A DNA stretch of 64,000 nt from a virus. Taxonomy: Duplodnaviria > Caudoviricetes. Below, piece after piece: positions 49,240 through 59,730 of this stretch (within the stretch, counting starts at the first letter, position 1; each line of letters begins with the position of its first letter). The DNA lies in the IMG/VR virus record IMGVR_UViG_2636415866_000004, positions 547 through 64,546 of that record. One strand, 5' to 3'. Under the pieces are notes generated by a model. That model was not told the DNA's origin. It saw only the letters and a list, made by a program, of their open reading frames with translations, and searched no databases. A program made the position numbers and the translations under genes.

Positions 49240-49665
49240 TTACTTAGCTTTATCTTTAGGCAGCTCAATAACATTATCCTTTTGCACTTGCTTTAACATA
49301 TCAGTTATGCTTACTGGAGTCTTATCATTATCACCTGTAGATGATTGCTCTATCTTAGTCGTAGGCTTACCATAAACAGTTTCCCACAAGAATGTTAATG
49401 CATTAAGCTTAACGTTGTCTGATGGACTATTAAAGGCAATCTCTTCGATTTTATCAAGGTATGTGTCTGTTTTACCTATTATTTTGTTTTGAGCTGCATT
49501 TTTTATCTCTTGTCTGCATTTGTCCAGCTCAGCCTTAAATATCTTATCTTCCAACCAATTATAAATAGATTGTCTATTGCAAGGAACCATTTCAGCTATT
49601 TCAGTATACTTATAGCCTTTTATTAATAATTCAATGCACTTATAATGTTTCTCTGATAGCTGCAT
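49240..49665 (-). CDS. terminase small subunit-like HTH protein
   Basis: YTEIAEMV..RQSIYNW; YGKPTTKIE; first late gene. Confidence 0.75.
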   Translation of the reverse strand: MQLSEKHYKCIELLIKGYKYTEIAEMVPCNRQSIYNWLEDKIFKAELDKCRQEIKNAAQNKIIGKTDTYLDKIEEIAFNSPSDNVKLNALTFLWETVYGKPTTKIEQSSTGDNDKTPVSITDMLKQVQKDNVIELPKDKAK

Positions 49666-49992
49666 ATAATCACCTCACTTTCTTCTATACACATTAGACA
49701 GTATTTTATTATATGTATAGTGTTATATGTATATTTCTGCTTATCTATTAGGTTTTTAGACAAGCTTTAAATATATTCTAGTATAATTAATCAATTTAAT
49801 TAATAACCTCTTATATAAGCTAATAAGCATATTAAAAAGACACCTACATTAATTTATAGGTGTCTTAATTATAAGAGGGCATTTGATTTATCTTTAGTAC
49901 CTGTAGAAAGTGTTTAATTAATTCTTTCTACAATACTATTATCTCATGTATTTAATACTAATTTATAAATAAATCTTAACCTTTTCCTAATA

Positions 49993-50424
49993 TTATGTTA
50001 AGAATAATATATCTGATAGCTTATTTACTATTCCTCGCTTAAGATCACATACATATTCTTCTGTTAAATCAAGATCTAAAGCAATATCTATGTTTTTTAT
50101 TTTATCAAAATATTTCTTTTGAATAATAAACCTTTCTCTTTCTGTAAGCATATCAAGAGCTATTTCAATTTCTTTAATTTGGTTTTCATAGTATATAATA
50201 TTTTTTTCAATAACTTCAAAATCAAATGATCTATTTATAACCTCATTTTCAACATTTGAATTAAATTTATGTGTTGGAGAACTTCTTTCTTCATATCCGA
50301 TTGCATTAACTCCGTCAAATTTATATTTCATTTTTTCTTTTTGTAAATTCCACATTGAAAGTTTTGATTGAAGTTTTCTATAATTTTTCAACATAGTTAC
50401 TGTTTTCTTAAACCTATCTTCCAT
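49993..50424 (-). CDS. ArpU/RinA-like late activator
   Basis: LDMLTERERFIIQKKYF..IALDL; precedes packaging genes. Confidence 0.82.
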   Translation of the reverse strand: MEDRFKKTVTMLKNYRKLQSKLSMWNLQKEKMKYKFDGVNAIGYEERSSPTHKFNSNVENEVINRSFDFEVIEKNIIYYENQIKEIEIALDMLTERERFIIQKKYFDKIKNIDIALDLDLTEEYVCDLKRGIVNKLSDILFLT

Positions 50425-50587
50425 TTCTTACCTCCTGAATCTTTTGTATATCTATAAGTAAATCTTTCTTTTCTGATTTTAATTTATTAACTGTATTCCA
50501 ATCTTTTCTTTTTACTGCTTTTTTAATCTGTAAATCTATTTCTTTTAATCTATCTTTCTTAATTTCTAATGCATCAAATTTCAATAA
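50414..50587 (-). CDS. small coiled-coil protein (start near 50584)
   Basis: AGGAGG SD before LKFDALEIKK. Confidence 0.6.
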   Translation of the reverse strand, partial: LLKFDALEIKKDRLKEIDLQIKKAVKRKDWNTVNKLKSEKKDLLIDIQKIQEVRNGR

Positions 50588-50604
50588 ATTTACCTCCTTT
50601 TTAT

Positions 50605-50982
50605 TCTGTAACAAAAACAAGGGTATTTTGTAACAAAACTAAAATGTACTTTGTTACAGCTACAACCATTGATATTACTAGCTTTAAGCTACTTTGTACC
50701 AATGTAACAAAAAAATAAAACTTATGTGCGTAACTCTATATAATATAGAGAATATATATTTTTCTTATATTATATATATTATATTTATATTATTGTTACA
50801 AATTATATTATATTTATAAAGAAAGGCATAACCATGCGGGTTTGAAGGTGTAACAAAAGTTGTACCGAAAATATTTTTACAGTATTTAACAAGTATGTTT
50901 AAAGCGTTGGTATTACTTGCTTAGAGCCTGTAACAAAAGTACTTTTAATTTCGTTACATTTTTGTTACACGCTTGTGACAGG
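50605..50982. repeat. iteron replication origin, copy A
   Basis: About eleven TGTAAC/TGTACC/GTTACA motifs, TTGATATTACTAGCTTTA motifs, AT-rich core; downstream of primase-helicase. Confidence 0.85.
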
Positions 50983-51024
50983 GATAATTACATCTATTGG
51001 CAGGTTAATTTTGGTTTGCTTCTT

Positions 51025-51252
51025 TTATCTTGCTTTTATATGATGATTTTCTTTAATAATTTCTATTTCTTCTGTAAATCTTTCTAAGGTTCTTTTTTCT
51101 TCTTTAAGTTCTCTCCATTCTTTTTTAGTAACACTATAATTAACTCTTTCATAATCTGTATACTCATTTTCTTTGCAGTCACATTGATTTCTAAGGGCAT
51201 GTTTTAATATGCAACAATCTTTGTAACTTAAACTTACTAAAAATTTACTCAT
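51025..51252 (-). CDS. hypothetical protein
   Basis: AGGAGG SD. Confidence 0.7.
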   Translation of the reverse strand: MSKFLVSLSYKDCCILKHALRNQCDCKENEYTDYERVNYSVTKKEWRELKEEKRTLERFTEEIEIIKENHHIKAR

Positions 51253-51255
51253 AAG

Positions 51256-51684
51256 CTAGTCCTCCTTACTGGCAATTTTACAGGCTACCTTCCAATAGGC
51301 TTGGAGTAAATTACAATCTAAATCTTGATATGTTCCTATACACAAATCATTTTTATTACTATACATTGACATGCAACGTTTATACTCTTCTGGTTCTACA
51401 TCTTCACTAAAGTTTATTTCAAAAGATGCATTAGTTTTATTAGAATAACTTTGCCCTCCAATGACTTTAAAGCTATCTAATAATTCTTCCTTTGAATTAT
51501 AATTAAATAAATCATCTTCATTTACACAACTAACTTTATATTTAGTAATTGTATTCCATGACATATCAATACATTCTGTTTTTATTCCTATTAAATCTCC
51601 TACACTAGGTTGCCACCAATCAACAAACACCTTTTGAATCGCTAAAGGTTGCTTTAAAAACTCTTCTGCACTTATATATTCCAT
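51256..51684 (-). CDS. Clostridium phage hypothetical protein
   Basis: MEYISAEEFLKQP..WWQPSVGDL..LLQAYWKVAC. Confidence 0.75.
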   Translation of the reverse strand: MEYISAEEFLKQPLAIQKVFVDWWQPSVGDLIGIKTECIDMSWNTITKYKVSCVNEDDLFNYNSKEELLDSFKVIGGQSYSNKTNASFEINFSEDVEPEEYKRCMSMYSNKNDLCIGTYQDLDCNLLQAYWKVACKIASKED

Positions 51685-51810
51685 TAATTAATCCTCCTCA
51701 TTTAATTTATTTGCCTACTGGTAATATTTTCATTTGTATATTAATCTAGTTTTTGATAAACTTATTATTATAAAATTTAATAAAACTTATCTAAGAATTG
51801 AGGTGAGTTT

Positions 51811-51894
51811 ATGAGCAAAAAGATAATTAGATACATAGCAACAATTCTTCTAATAATTATTGCTGCAATATATGTATCAATTTTCTTGATTTAG
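51811..51894 (+). CDS. 27-aa type I toxin-like membrane peptide
   Basis: MSKKIIRYIATILLIIIAAIYVSIFLI; GAGGTGA SD complementary to 51783-92 and 51985-97. Confidence 0.65.
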   Translation: MSKKIIRYIATILLIIIAAIYVSIFLI

Positions 51895-52178
51895 AATCGA
51901 GAGTTTATACTATTACTTATATTAAGTTAATAGTTATAAACTTAATGAGTTTGACAAAATAAAAATAAACTCTTTATTCTAAGTCTCATAAACTCACTTT
52001 TTATACATAAAATTTACATATTGCGAATTTACTACTTCGTAATTTCGTGTTTTACACAGGCAGGACTTTTTATATTCATTGTCCAATTAACTAAATCACA
52101 ATAGAATAATATACCTGTTTTTTTAGTTGCATGAACACAATCTTCACAAGTTTTTTCACTCATTTAATTCACCCTCCT

Positions 52179-54818
52179 TTATATTGGAAATACATTATTA
52201 ATAACCTTCTGTTCAAATTCACTAACTACTTCTTCTAAATCATTGTCAATACATTCAACCATTGCACTTAATTTTAAAGATTGTAATTTTGACTTATCAT
52301 ATTCATCAAACCATGCATTAGTTGCAATACCGCTGTCAGCAGTATCAATTCTAATTTGCTTAGCATTATTTTTAATAATATAACCTGCTTTTTTAGCTTG
52401 CTTTTTAAAATCTCTGATTTTTAAAGGTACTAAATCAGCAGATTGATATTCTTTTATATAACGGTGTATTGCATCTATAACAAGTTGAGTTCTTACATAT
52501 ACTTTTCCGTAATCTCCTGTTTTGATTTCTCCTTTTTTAATAGCGTTTCTATTGCAAAAATAAATATTATCTTGCAACATTTCGTTATACAACACTAGCA
52601 TTTGTTCTATTACACTTCTTGTATCTTCTCCACCCTCTAATACTTCTTCACGTATATTTTGTTCAATGTATTTGTAATAGTCTTGTACAGGCTCTAAATC
52701 GTATTTTAAAAGTACTTTGTTAAGTAATTCTATTCCACATGCAATATTAACTGCTGTGTTAAGTGGTCTATCCTTTAAGTGAAATATTTCTCTTAACTCA
52801 ACTCTAAGGTTCTTATATTCTTCTATTGGTAAACTTAAAGCTTCTAATATAAGTGTTTTACCTAACTTTTTAAGTAATTCTTCATGGTCACTTAACCAGT
52901 ACATAGATTCACTATTTTGTTCAGTTCTTTCATTCTTACTTATATAAACTATACAAGAACGTGTTATATTAGCTTTTTCTTGATTAGGATAACTTTCTTC
53001 TCCTGCTATTATTAAAGGTCTGTCAAGCTTAAATTCTTTAACATTAAAGCTCTTATCACCTCTAGAAATAGTTAATCTGTCATAAGCTGTTCTGAAAATA
53101 TCACTTAATTTCATGACTTTATACTTGTCCATCATGCTTGGCTTAAATTCATCAAATAAGATAGGAAAATTTCCTGTAGACAACATCTTTTGAATTGCAA
53201 AAGGTGAAGTTGACATTGCTTTCTTTTCTTCTACAGGATAATTTAATAATGGAGCAACAACTTTTTCTAAAATTGTACTTTTACCACTTCCAGATTCTCC
53301 AACTATTAAAAGGTGATGTAGCTTTTCTGCAATTGCAATGTTATGCCCTACCTCTAAAAAGCTTATTGCACTTCCAATAATAGATATTGCCTTATCATAA
53401 TTTACAAACTTAAATAAGTGTTTCATTAGCTCCTTAAGTTCATCTTTTTTTATTGTTTCTGTGTCTAAAACTGATATTTTAGTGTTTTCAGCAATCTTAG
53501 AATAATCAATTCCTACTGTAGATATTGATCCTGCAGATGTAATTAATTGAAATCCATTATCTTCTACTGGAATAAACTTAGCACCGTTGTAAATTTCTTT
53601 ATTATCTATAGCAAAATACTTGTTTATCCATACTTTTAAATTAACTAATTCGCCTACCTTACTACCTATAAAGCTAAAGTCCATACCTAAGAAATTTCTA
53701 AAAGTCTTTAAATCATCAAATATCTTAGAAGAACCAACTTTTTCAACTATTTTTCCATCAATGCAGCTCTTTATTTTTAGTCTTATTCCTTCTACTTCTG
53801 CATCTACTTTTTCAACTTTACTTGCTTCTAAAATTTGAAAATCAGTAATATAAGATTTACTTGGTTTAGAATCTTCATCAGCATTTTTAGAAAACTTCCA
53901 TTTAAATATTCCTTTTTGGTCCTGTTGTAGTTCATTCTTGTCTTTTAAATCTAAGCTTCTTTTAAATGCCTGTAATAACTCTTTTTTAGTGTGTCCAGCT
54001 TCTAACCAATCAGTTACATCAATGTTATCTCCCATAGCCTTAATGCTTGGTAAATTAATGATTTTAAAGCTACTAGCGACCTTTATAAAATTATATTTAA
54101 TATTATCAATATACTTTTGTCCTGCTTCTCCTGTATCTCCTATAACTGCGATTTTCATAAACTCGCCTTTAATTTTGTCATAGTCTTTAAATCCCTTTAT
54201 ACTTGTCGCTACGTAATCTTTTTTACTAAGAGTGTTATTTATCGTATTAACATCCTTTTCGCCTTCAGAAAAAACAATAGTTTTATTCTCAGCTATTCCT
54301 TGTAATAGATTATAATAATTATAAGGCACTTCTTCATGCCCTCTGTTATTAATTACCTGTCCATTTTCTATATGATAATAAGGTGTTTCTTTTTTACCAT
54401 CAGGCTTTAAAAACTTAACTTTTGAGTAAATAGGCTTATTGATTTCATCTACAAAGGTAAATACTCCTAAAGGTTTATAACCTTTTTTATTACCTCTAGT
54501 AACTTGATTTCTTACATATTCTTTAATAGATTCTTCAAAGTCCTCTACTGGTGACTTTTCAACTTCTAAACCTAGATATTCTCTAGCTTGGTTGTATTCC
54601 ATATTCTTATAATTCATTATAAAATCTATAGCATCACCTACAGCACCACAACCCCAACATTTATACCTCTGCTTATTGGCATTAGGTATGAACTTAACAC
54701 TCATAGAAGGTGTTTTTTCTGAATGGAAAGGACATTTTATATATCCTTCCCTATTGAATTTTTCTCCTGTTTCTTGTTCTACAAGTTGCTTTAAGTCTAT
54801 ATCTTGTAATTCCTTCAA
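52179..54818 (-). CDS. primase-helicase (CHC2 zinc finger + TOPRIM + P-loop helicase)
   Basis: CPFHSEKTPS..CWGC; SEGEKD; GESGSGKS; LFDE. Confidence 0.9.
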   Translation of the reverse strand: MKELQDIDLKQLVEQETGEKFNREGYIKCPFHSEKTPSMSVKFIPNANKQRYKCWGCGAVGDAIDFIMNYKNMEYNQAREYLGLEVEKSPVEDFEESIKEYVRNQVTRGNKKGYKPLGVFTFVDEINKPIYSKVKFLKPDGKKETPYYHIENGQVINNRGHEEVPYNYYNLLQGIAENKTIVFSEGEKDVNTINNTLSKKDYVATSIKGFKDYDKIKGEFMKIAVIGDTGEAGQKYIDNIKYNFIKVASSFKIINLPSIKAMGDNIDVTDWLEAGHTKKELLQAFKRSLDLKDKNELQQDQKGIFKWKFSKNADEDSKPSKSYITDFQILEASKVEKVDAEVEGIRLKIKSCIDGKIVEKVGSSKIFDDLKTFRNFLGMDFSFIGSKVGELVNLKVWINKYFAIDNKEIYNGAKFIPVEDNGFQLITSAGSISTVGIDYSKIAENTKISVLDTETIKKDELKELMKHLFKFVNYDKAISIIGSAISFLEVGHNIAIAEKLHHLLIVGESGSGKSTILEKVVAPLLNYPVEEKKAMSTSPFAIQKMLSTGNFPILFDEFKPSMMDKYKVMKLSDIFRTAYDRLTISRGDKSFNVKEFKLDRPLIIAGEESYPNQEKANITRSCIVYISKNERTEQNSESMYWLSDHEELLKKLGKTLILEALSLPIEEYKNLRVELREIFHLKDRPLNTAVNIACGIELLNKVLLKYDLEPVQDYYKYIEQNIREEVLEGGEDTRSVIEQMLVLYNEMLQDNIYFCNRNAIKKGEIKTGDYGKVYVRTQLVIDAIHRYIKEYQSADLVPLKIRDFKKQAKKAGYIIKNNAKQIRIDTADSGIATNAWFDEYDKSKLQSLKLSAMVECIDNDLEEVVSEFEQKVINNVFPI

Positions 54819-54839
54819 TACTTTTTCACCTCCTATAAA

Positions 54840-55061
54840 TTAAAATCCATTAAGCTTTTCATGCCCTGTCATTTTTCTTCCTGTAAGACTTTCTATTTCT
54901 ACAATTAAATTGCTTAATTCTCTAGTTACTGTATTGAACAAACTTAAATATTTTATACATTCTTTAACTGTATGAGTTTTAAAATATTCTTCAGCATTTT
55001 TATTTCTTTCTAACTTTTCATTATATTTTTTCTTTAAAAAAGTTAATTGTTGTTTTTCCAT
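54840..55061 (-). CDS. hypothetical protein
   Basis: coupled in operon. Confidence 0.7.
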   Translation of the reverse strand: MEKQQLTFLKKKYNEKLERNKNAEEYFKTHTVKECIKYLSLFNTVTRELSNLIVEIESLTGRKMTGHEKLNGF

Positions 55062-55181
55062 TAAACCAACCTCTTTTTAATCTTCTGCTTATTTTTCATT
55101 CGCTTTTGGTATCTTTCCTTACCTCTATTCTCTGCATTTAGTCTAGCTGTTACTGTTTTAAATGCAGCATCTATTATTTCA

Positions 55182-55682
55182 TCAACACTTCTTGTTACCA
55201 TCAATATCACTCTCCCTATAGGCATATTTACAGTTACCTTGGTCAACCCCTTCATTGAATGGTATTACTTCATTTTTATCAAAGTGTTTACATAAGTCAC
55301 AATTATGACAACTGTTTGTACAATTCTTGCAATTAATGTCCATTGTTAATTCCACTAAGTCATAATATTCTTTACTATCTTCATAAGCTGCATTAAGTTC
55401 AGCACTCTTACGCTTTTTCAAGACTTCTAATTCACTATCTGAAATTACAATAACCCTAGAACTTTGATTTAATCTTACAAACTTCTTAGCCTGTTCTTCT
55501 CCTAACCTTTGTATAGTGCTTACTAGAGTGTTTTTAATAAATGTGCTGCCCTTTTTCAAATTAGTTTTTTCTTCTTTAGACATAACATTTCCATCAACAA
55601 AATGTTTTACTAAATTTCTAACTTGTGAAAGTATTACAAATTCTTTTACTTCAGAATTATTAAGATAATCTTTCATCACCAA
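55182..55682 (-). CDS. DUF5651-like Cys-rich protein
   Basis: MKDYLN..CKNC..C..CDL..CKYAY. Confidence 0.72.
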   Translation of the reverse strand: MVMKDYLNNSEVKEFVILSQVRNLVKHFVDGNVMSKEEKTNLKKGSTFIKNTLVSTIQRLGEEQAKKFVRLNQSSRVIVISDSELEVLKKRKSAELNAAYEDSKEYYDLVELTMDINCKNCTNSCHNCDLCKHFDKNEVIPFNEGVDQGNCKYAYRESDIDGNKKC

Positions 55683-55984
55683 ACCACTCCTTCTAGCCTC
55701 TTAAATTTCTTAGCTTTCCAATCATCTATTTGCATTGAGCTAAATATTTCTCTTAGCTGCTGACACATTATCTCTACATCTGCTATTTCTTCACATACAT
55801 TATCTACATCTGAATTTTGATTAAGAACATACTTACTTAAAGCTTGTATTAATTCTCCACATTCTTCACAAGCTTTTATCATTTGATTATTTCCTCCAAA
55901 AGTCCTTATAGCTTTATTGCAAATCTCTGTTTGCTTTTCAATACTAATCATTAGCATTATCCTCCTTGATATACCATTGACCAT
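55676..55984 (-). CDS. MazG-like NTP pyrophosphohydrolase
   Basis: EECGELIQALSK..EEIADV. Confidence 0.82.
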   Translation of the reverse strand: MVNGISRRIMLMISIEKQTEICNKAIRTFGGNNQMIKACEECGELIQALSKYVLNQNSDVDNVCEEIADVEIMCQQLREIFSSMQIDDWKAKKFKRLEGVVW

Positions 55985-56567
55985 TAATTATAAAACTTTT
56001 TATTGCTTTTTCAGTTTCATTTTCTCCAAACACTTCATTACCTTTTATGATTTTTTTAAATATTTCACTTATTAAATAATAGTTTTTATCAATGTCAAGA
56101 TATCCTTCACATTTAACTTTAACTTTTTTACCACTTTCTAACGCTTCCATAAAGCTTACTGGCTGTTGGATTACTGTTAATTTAATTACAGAAGTAGAAC
56201 TACATACATTAACTCGTGAATGTTTATCTCCATTCCAGCATAAAATTTTTGGTTCTTCATTTCCTTTCATAACTTCAATGAAATCTGAAACTCCATTAGT
56301 TTCAATATCAAAATCAAATCTAGTACCTATAGGCATTTCAATAGCCTGTAATATATTTAACTCTTTACTCATTTTTTTTACCTCAATATCATCTTTAAAT
56401 TTTATGTCTTTCACTGCATTCCTCCAACATTCTTTGCACGTAATCCCCTTACATGGTTCATATTCTTTCAGTTCATATTCATTTGGGCAACCTTCATTAT
56501 TAGTTAAACTTCTATCATTTAAAAATTCTTCCCTAGTCATTTCTTTTCTTAATTTTTCTATATCCAT
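55944..56567 (-). CDS. hypothetical protein with Cys-rich N-terminal module
   Basis: GCP..C..CKECW; N-terminus paralogous to 59731..60294. Confidence 0.72.
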   Translation of the reverse strand: MDIEKLRKEMTREEFLNDRSLTNNEGCPNEYELKEYEPCKGITCKECWRNAVKDIKFKDDIEVKKMSKELNILQAIEMPIGTRFDFDIETNGVSDFIEVMKGNEEPKILCWNGDKHSRVNVCSSTSVIKLTVIQQPVSFMEALESGKKVKVKCEGYLDIDKNYYLISEIFKKIIKGNEVFGENETEKAIKSFIINGQWYIKEDNAND

Positions 56568-56569
56568 TA

Positions 56570-57145
56570 TTAAATTTCACCTTCGCTTTCTTGTAATATA
56601 AAGCCTTTATGCTTCATTAATGCATATACCCATGATTGAAATTTATTGTATATTTTACTTCCCATAATTCGCTTATCTACAGGAATAATAACTGTGTCAT
56701 ATTCTCCCTCAACACCTTTATACAATCTATTCATTAATGTTTTTGGATCATATTGTGACCTGAATTCTCCATTTCTTAAATGTTCCTCAAAGTATAAATC
56801 CTCAATGTAAATTAGATACTTAATGTTATATTTATTAAGATGTGCTAATTCTTTTTTTAATCTAGCTGCATCCTCTTTAAGATTTCCACAAAGTTCATCT
56901 ATATTTGCTTTTCTTTCAATAACAAAATCTCTAGTAAAATAAATATCCCTGTCCTGTCCCTCAAAAGAACCTTTAGGTAATTTACATGAATAATCTCCAA
57001 AATCTAATTTTTCAATTACATAAGGATGTTTCTTTTTATTAAAAAAATCTATTATATGTTGATTTGCTTGTTCACGCGAATCAATTATTATTGTTAAATT
57101 ATCAAGAATTTTTTTTAATTCTTTATCTTTAAATTTGAACTCCAT
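56570..57145 (-). CDS. ERCC4-domain nuclease
   Basis: IIDSREQ, LDFGDY, IERK. Confidence 0.9.
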   Translation of the reverse strand: MEFKFKDKELKKILDNLTIIIDSREQANQHIIDFFNKKKHPYVIEKLDFGDYSCKLPKGSFEGQDRDIYFTRDFVIERKANIDELCGNLKEDAARLKKELAHLNKYNIKYLIYIEDLYFEEHLRNGEFRSQYDPKTLMNRLYKGVEGEYDTVIIPVDKRIMGSKIYNKFQSWVYALMKHKGFILQESEGEI

Positions 57146-57401
57146 TTATTCACCTTCTCTTATCAATTGATTCTCTTTTGAGAATAAGAGAATCTAACCA
57201 AGTTGTTAAATACTCTTATTCTATATATTTTTAAGTTGTGAATAGATAATTTGTACTATTCATTTTTATCCTATTTTCCTTTTCTTGCACTTTATCTTTT
57301 CCAAAACAAGGTGCTTTTCCACTTAAAACTACATCATTATCACATTTGCAATCTTTATTTAATGGACACTTTTGGTTTAAGCATTTCATAAATTTCACCT
57401 C

Positions 57402-57974
57402 TTAAAATGGCATAAATCCATCATCTACAACTTCTACTAAATCATCTACATTTTGTGTGCCACTAGGATTTAATAACTTATCTTTAGGTACATCTACGCC
57501 TTTCTTAATTTCTTCTACAGTTCTAAATACTTGAAACTTAGTAGCAAATTTACTTACACCTGCATTATCCAAATATTCTTCTCTACCAAAAATAGCTCCA
57601 ACTAATTTTCCTTTAAAACAATCTGCAAAATGTTCTCCCCATGCTACTTTAAATCCATTATTACTTTTCTCTACCATATTTATAAACGTCTTAAATCCTC
57701 TATTGGTAGCACCTTCTGCATCTAATACTAGTTGTCTTACTATTGCATTGTTATTCCATTTTTTAGGCTCTCTCTTATCATTCTTATAAGCTTCACTAAA
57801 GTAACTAGGTTGTTTATCTGTTCTATCTGTATCTAAATAGATTACTACCATGTCCCTTCCTGCTTTACTCTTAGTTTCTTCAACCTTCATTATCTTGCAG
57901 ATATGGCCTCCAGCTTGCAAAGGTTCAAAACCTGTAAATCCTTGTACCTCTTGAAAATCTTTTGGCATTAACAT
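57402..57974 (-). CDS. phage SSB-like protein (DUF669-like)
   Basis: acidic C-terminus ending MPF; near the recombination ATPase. Confidence 0.7.
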   Translation of the reverse strand: MLMPKDFQEVQGFTGFEPLQAGGHICKIMKVEETKSKAGRDMVVIYLDTDRTDKQPSYFSEAYKNDKREPKKWNNNAIVRQLVLDAEGATNRGFKTFINMVEKSNNGFKVAWGEHFADCFKGKLVGAIFGREEYLDNAGVSKFATKFQVFRTVEEIKKGVDVPKDKLLNPSGTQNVDDLVEVVDDGFMPF

Positions 57975-57992
57975 TTAACATCTTTCCTTTCA

Positions 57993-58517
57993 TTAAACTG
58001 CATATTTCCATATATAATTTCCAGCAGTTTTTCTCTTATTTTTGCAACATGTAGCTATATTAGCTATTGGAATGTTTGTTTTTATACTTGCATTTGTTAT
58101 ACTTTCAAAAGTATTAATAAAATTCATTTTCCTATCATATTGATTAACTGGTTTTTTAACTGAATTAGCACCATTAAGTGAATGATTTATTGACATTTTA
58201 TATATGCAATTTCCATAGTTTGTATTATAGCTATAAGTACACCATTCAAGATTGCTTGCTTTATTATTAGTTTTTATTTCATCTTTATGGTTTACTATTG
58301 GATAATTGTTAGGATTATCTATAAAATGTTTTGCAACTAACACATGCACTAAATAACATTTTTTATTGATGCAATTACTAAGTTTTACTTGGCAATATCC
58401 AGTATTCAATATATTTACTTTTAAAATAATATTGCTTATTAAGCTATATACATTACCTAAATTGCTTATTTTATATCTTCCCTCATAGCCTTTTATGTCT
58501 TTCCAAATTTCATTCAA
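57993..58517 (-). CDS. NUMOD4-HNH homing endonuclease
   Basis: EIWKDIKGYEGRYKISNLG; VNHKDE.KTNN..NLEW; NUMOD1-like tail. Confidence 0.92.
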   Translation of the reverse strand: MNEIWKDIKGYEGRYKISNLGNVYSLISNIILKVNILNTGYCQVKLSNCINKKCYLVHVLVAKHFIDNPNNYPIVNHKDEIKTNNKASNLEWCTYSYNTNYGNCIYKMSINHSLNGANSVKKPVNQYDRKMNFINTFESITNASIKTNIPIANIATCCKNKRKTAGNYIWKYAV

Positions 58518-58520
58518 TAA

Positions 58521-58853
58521 TTATTTATCCTCCTTCTTAGCCTTTATGCTTATTGAATGAACATCAATTTCCTTATAAAGTTCAGCTATATCTATATGGT
58601 CAATTTCTTTAGCATTAATTTTACTAACTGTACTCTCTACTTTTTCCTTTTCTAATCCTTGTCTTACGCTGTCAGCTATCTTTACAGTACCTCTAGGGCA
58701 ACTATATTCAGTTAAATCATTCTCAGATAAGAATTGTTCAAGTTCTTCCTTTGCACCCGTAATATAAGCTTTAATGTTCTTAGATTCCTCTCTTTTTTCT
58801 AAAATACAAGCTATTAAACCTGCTGCTCTTTCTTTACTTATTGTATTTTCCAT
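58521..58853 (-). CDS. hypothetical protein
   Basis: GAGGA SD, in operon. Confidence 0.7.
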   Translation of the reverse strand: MENTISKERAAGLIACILEKREESKNIKAYITGAKEELEQFLSENDLTEYSCPRGTVKIADSVRQGLEKEKVESTVSKINAKEIDHIDIAELYKEIDVHSISIKAKKEDK

Positions 58854-58855
58854 AC

Positions 58856-59116
58856 TTATTTATCCTCACTTTCATTTTCTCTTATTGTATTTCCAACAAA
58901 CTCAAATCTATATTTTTGCTTTTCCAATGGATATTTCTTGTGGTCCACTTCACTCATAAACATCTTGAAAGGTCTAATCCAAACTTTTCTTTGTCCAAAC
59001 AGCTCACAGTAAACTACCATATCTTCCATAGTTTCTGTATGCTTGGCAACATAAAGAACTAAATAATTATTGCCTTTAAAATGTCTATATACTCCTTGTT
59101 TTATAGTTCTGCTCAT
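58856..59116 (-). CDS. DUF1653 protein
   Basis: YRHFKG..HTET..VVY..WIRP..MF..YRF. Confidence 0.88.
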   Translation of the reverse strand: MSRTIKQGVYRHFKGNNYLVLYVAKHTETMEDMVVYCELFGQRKVWIRPFKMFMSEVDHKKYPLEKQKYRFEFVGNTIRENESEDK

Positions 59117-59118
59117 TA

Positions 59119-59730
59119 TTAAACCTCCAACTCGTAATATTCTCTAATGGTTTTATCAACTAACTTAAGGTCATTATCCATTTCTAGTGGAAACATATCC
59201 ATAGGACTTTTTGCAGTTGTATAACCATCACTTTGGGTAATAAATTTATGTTCAGTACCATCTGTACTGGTTAAAAGAACTATGCTAAATAATCCCTCTA
59301 GTGTGAGTTGATTATCAATCATCTTTCCACTTGTCTTAGCTTTAATCTTTCCTGTTTCTGTAGTTTCAACATGATGCAAGAAATAAACTATTACATCATC
59401 TGGAACACCTGTAATGATGAACTGAATAAGATTTCTAAAATCCAATGCAATATCTGTAAACTTTCCGTAACCTGTTTCCTTTGCTTTATCAAACATTTGA
59501 AATGCCATTAGGTACTGACTATCATCAATTACATAAGTCTTAAGTTTAGATTTTGCTAGTCCACTTATAATTTGCTTATAGCTTGCACCATTAAGTTTTG
59601 GTAACTTCTTTCTAAATGGCAATGGCTTACTTGCTACATTGAATATTCCAACTTCTCCATCTTCAAAATTTCTCATTGAAGTGCTTTTTCCACTTCCACT
59701 CTCTCCTAATACTAAAACTGGTAATCCCAT
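59119..59730 (-). CDS. phage AAA ATPase (Sak4-like recombination protein)
   Basis: LGESGSGKS, VIDDSQY, AKSP. Confidence 0.8.
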   Translation of the reverse strand: MGLPVLVLGESGSGKSTSMRNFEDGEVGIFNVASKPLPFRKKLPKLNGASYKQIISGLAKSKLKTYVIDDSQYLMAFQMFDKAKETGYGKFTDIALDFRNLIQFIITGVPDDVIVYFLHHVETTETGKIKAKTSGKMIDNQLTLEGLFSIVLLTSTDGTEHKFITQSDGYTTAKSPMDMFPLEMDNDLKLVDKTIREYYELEV

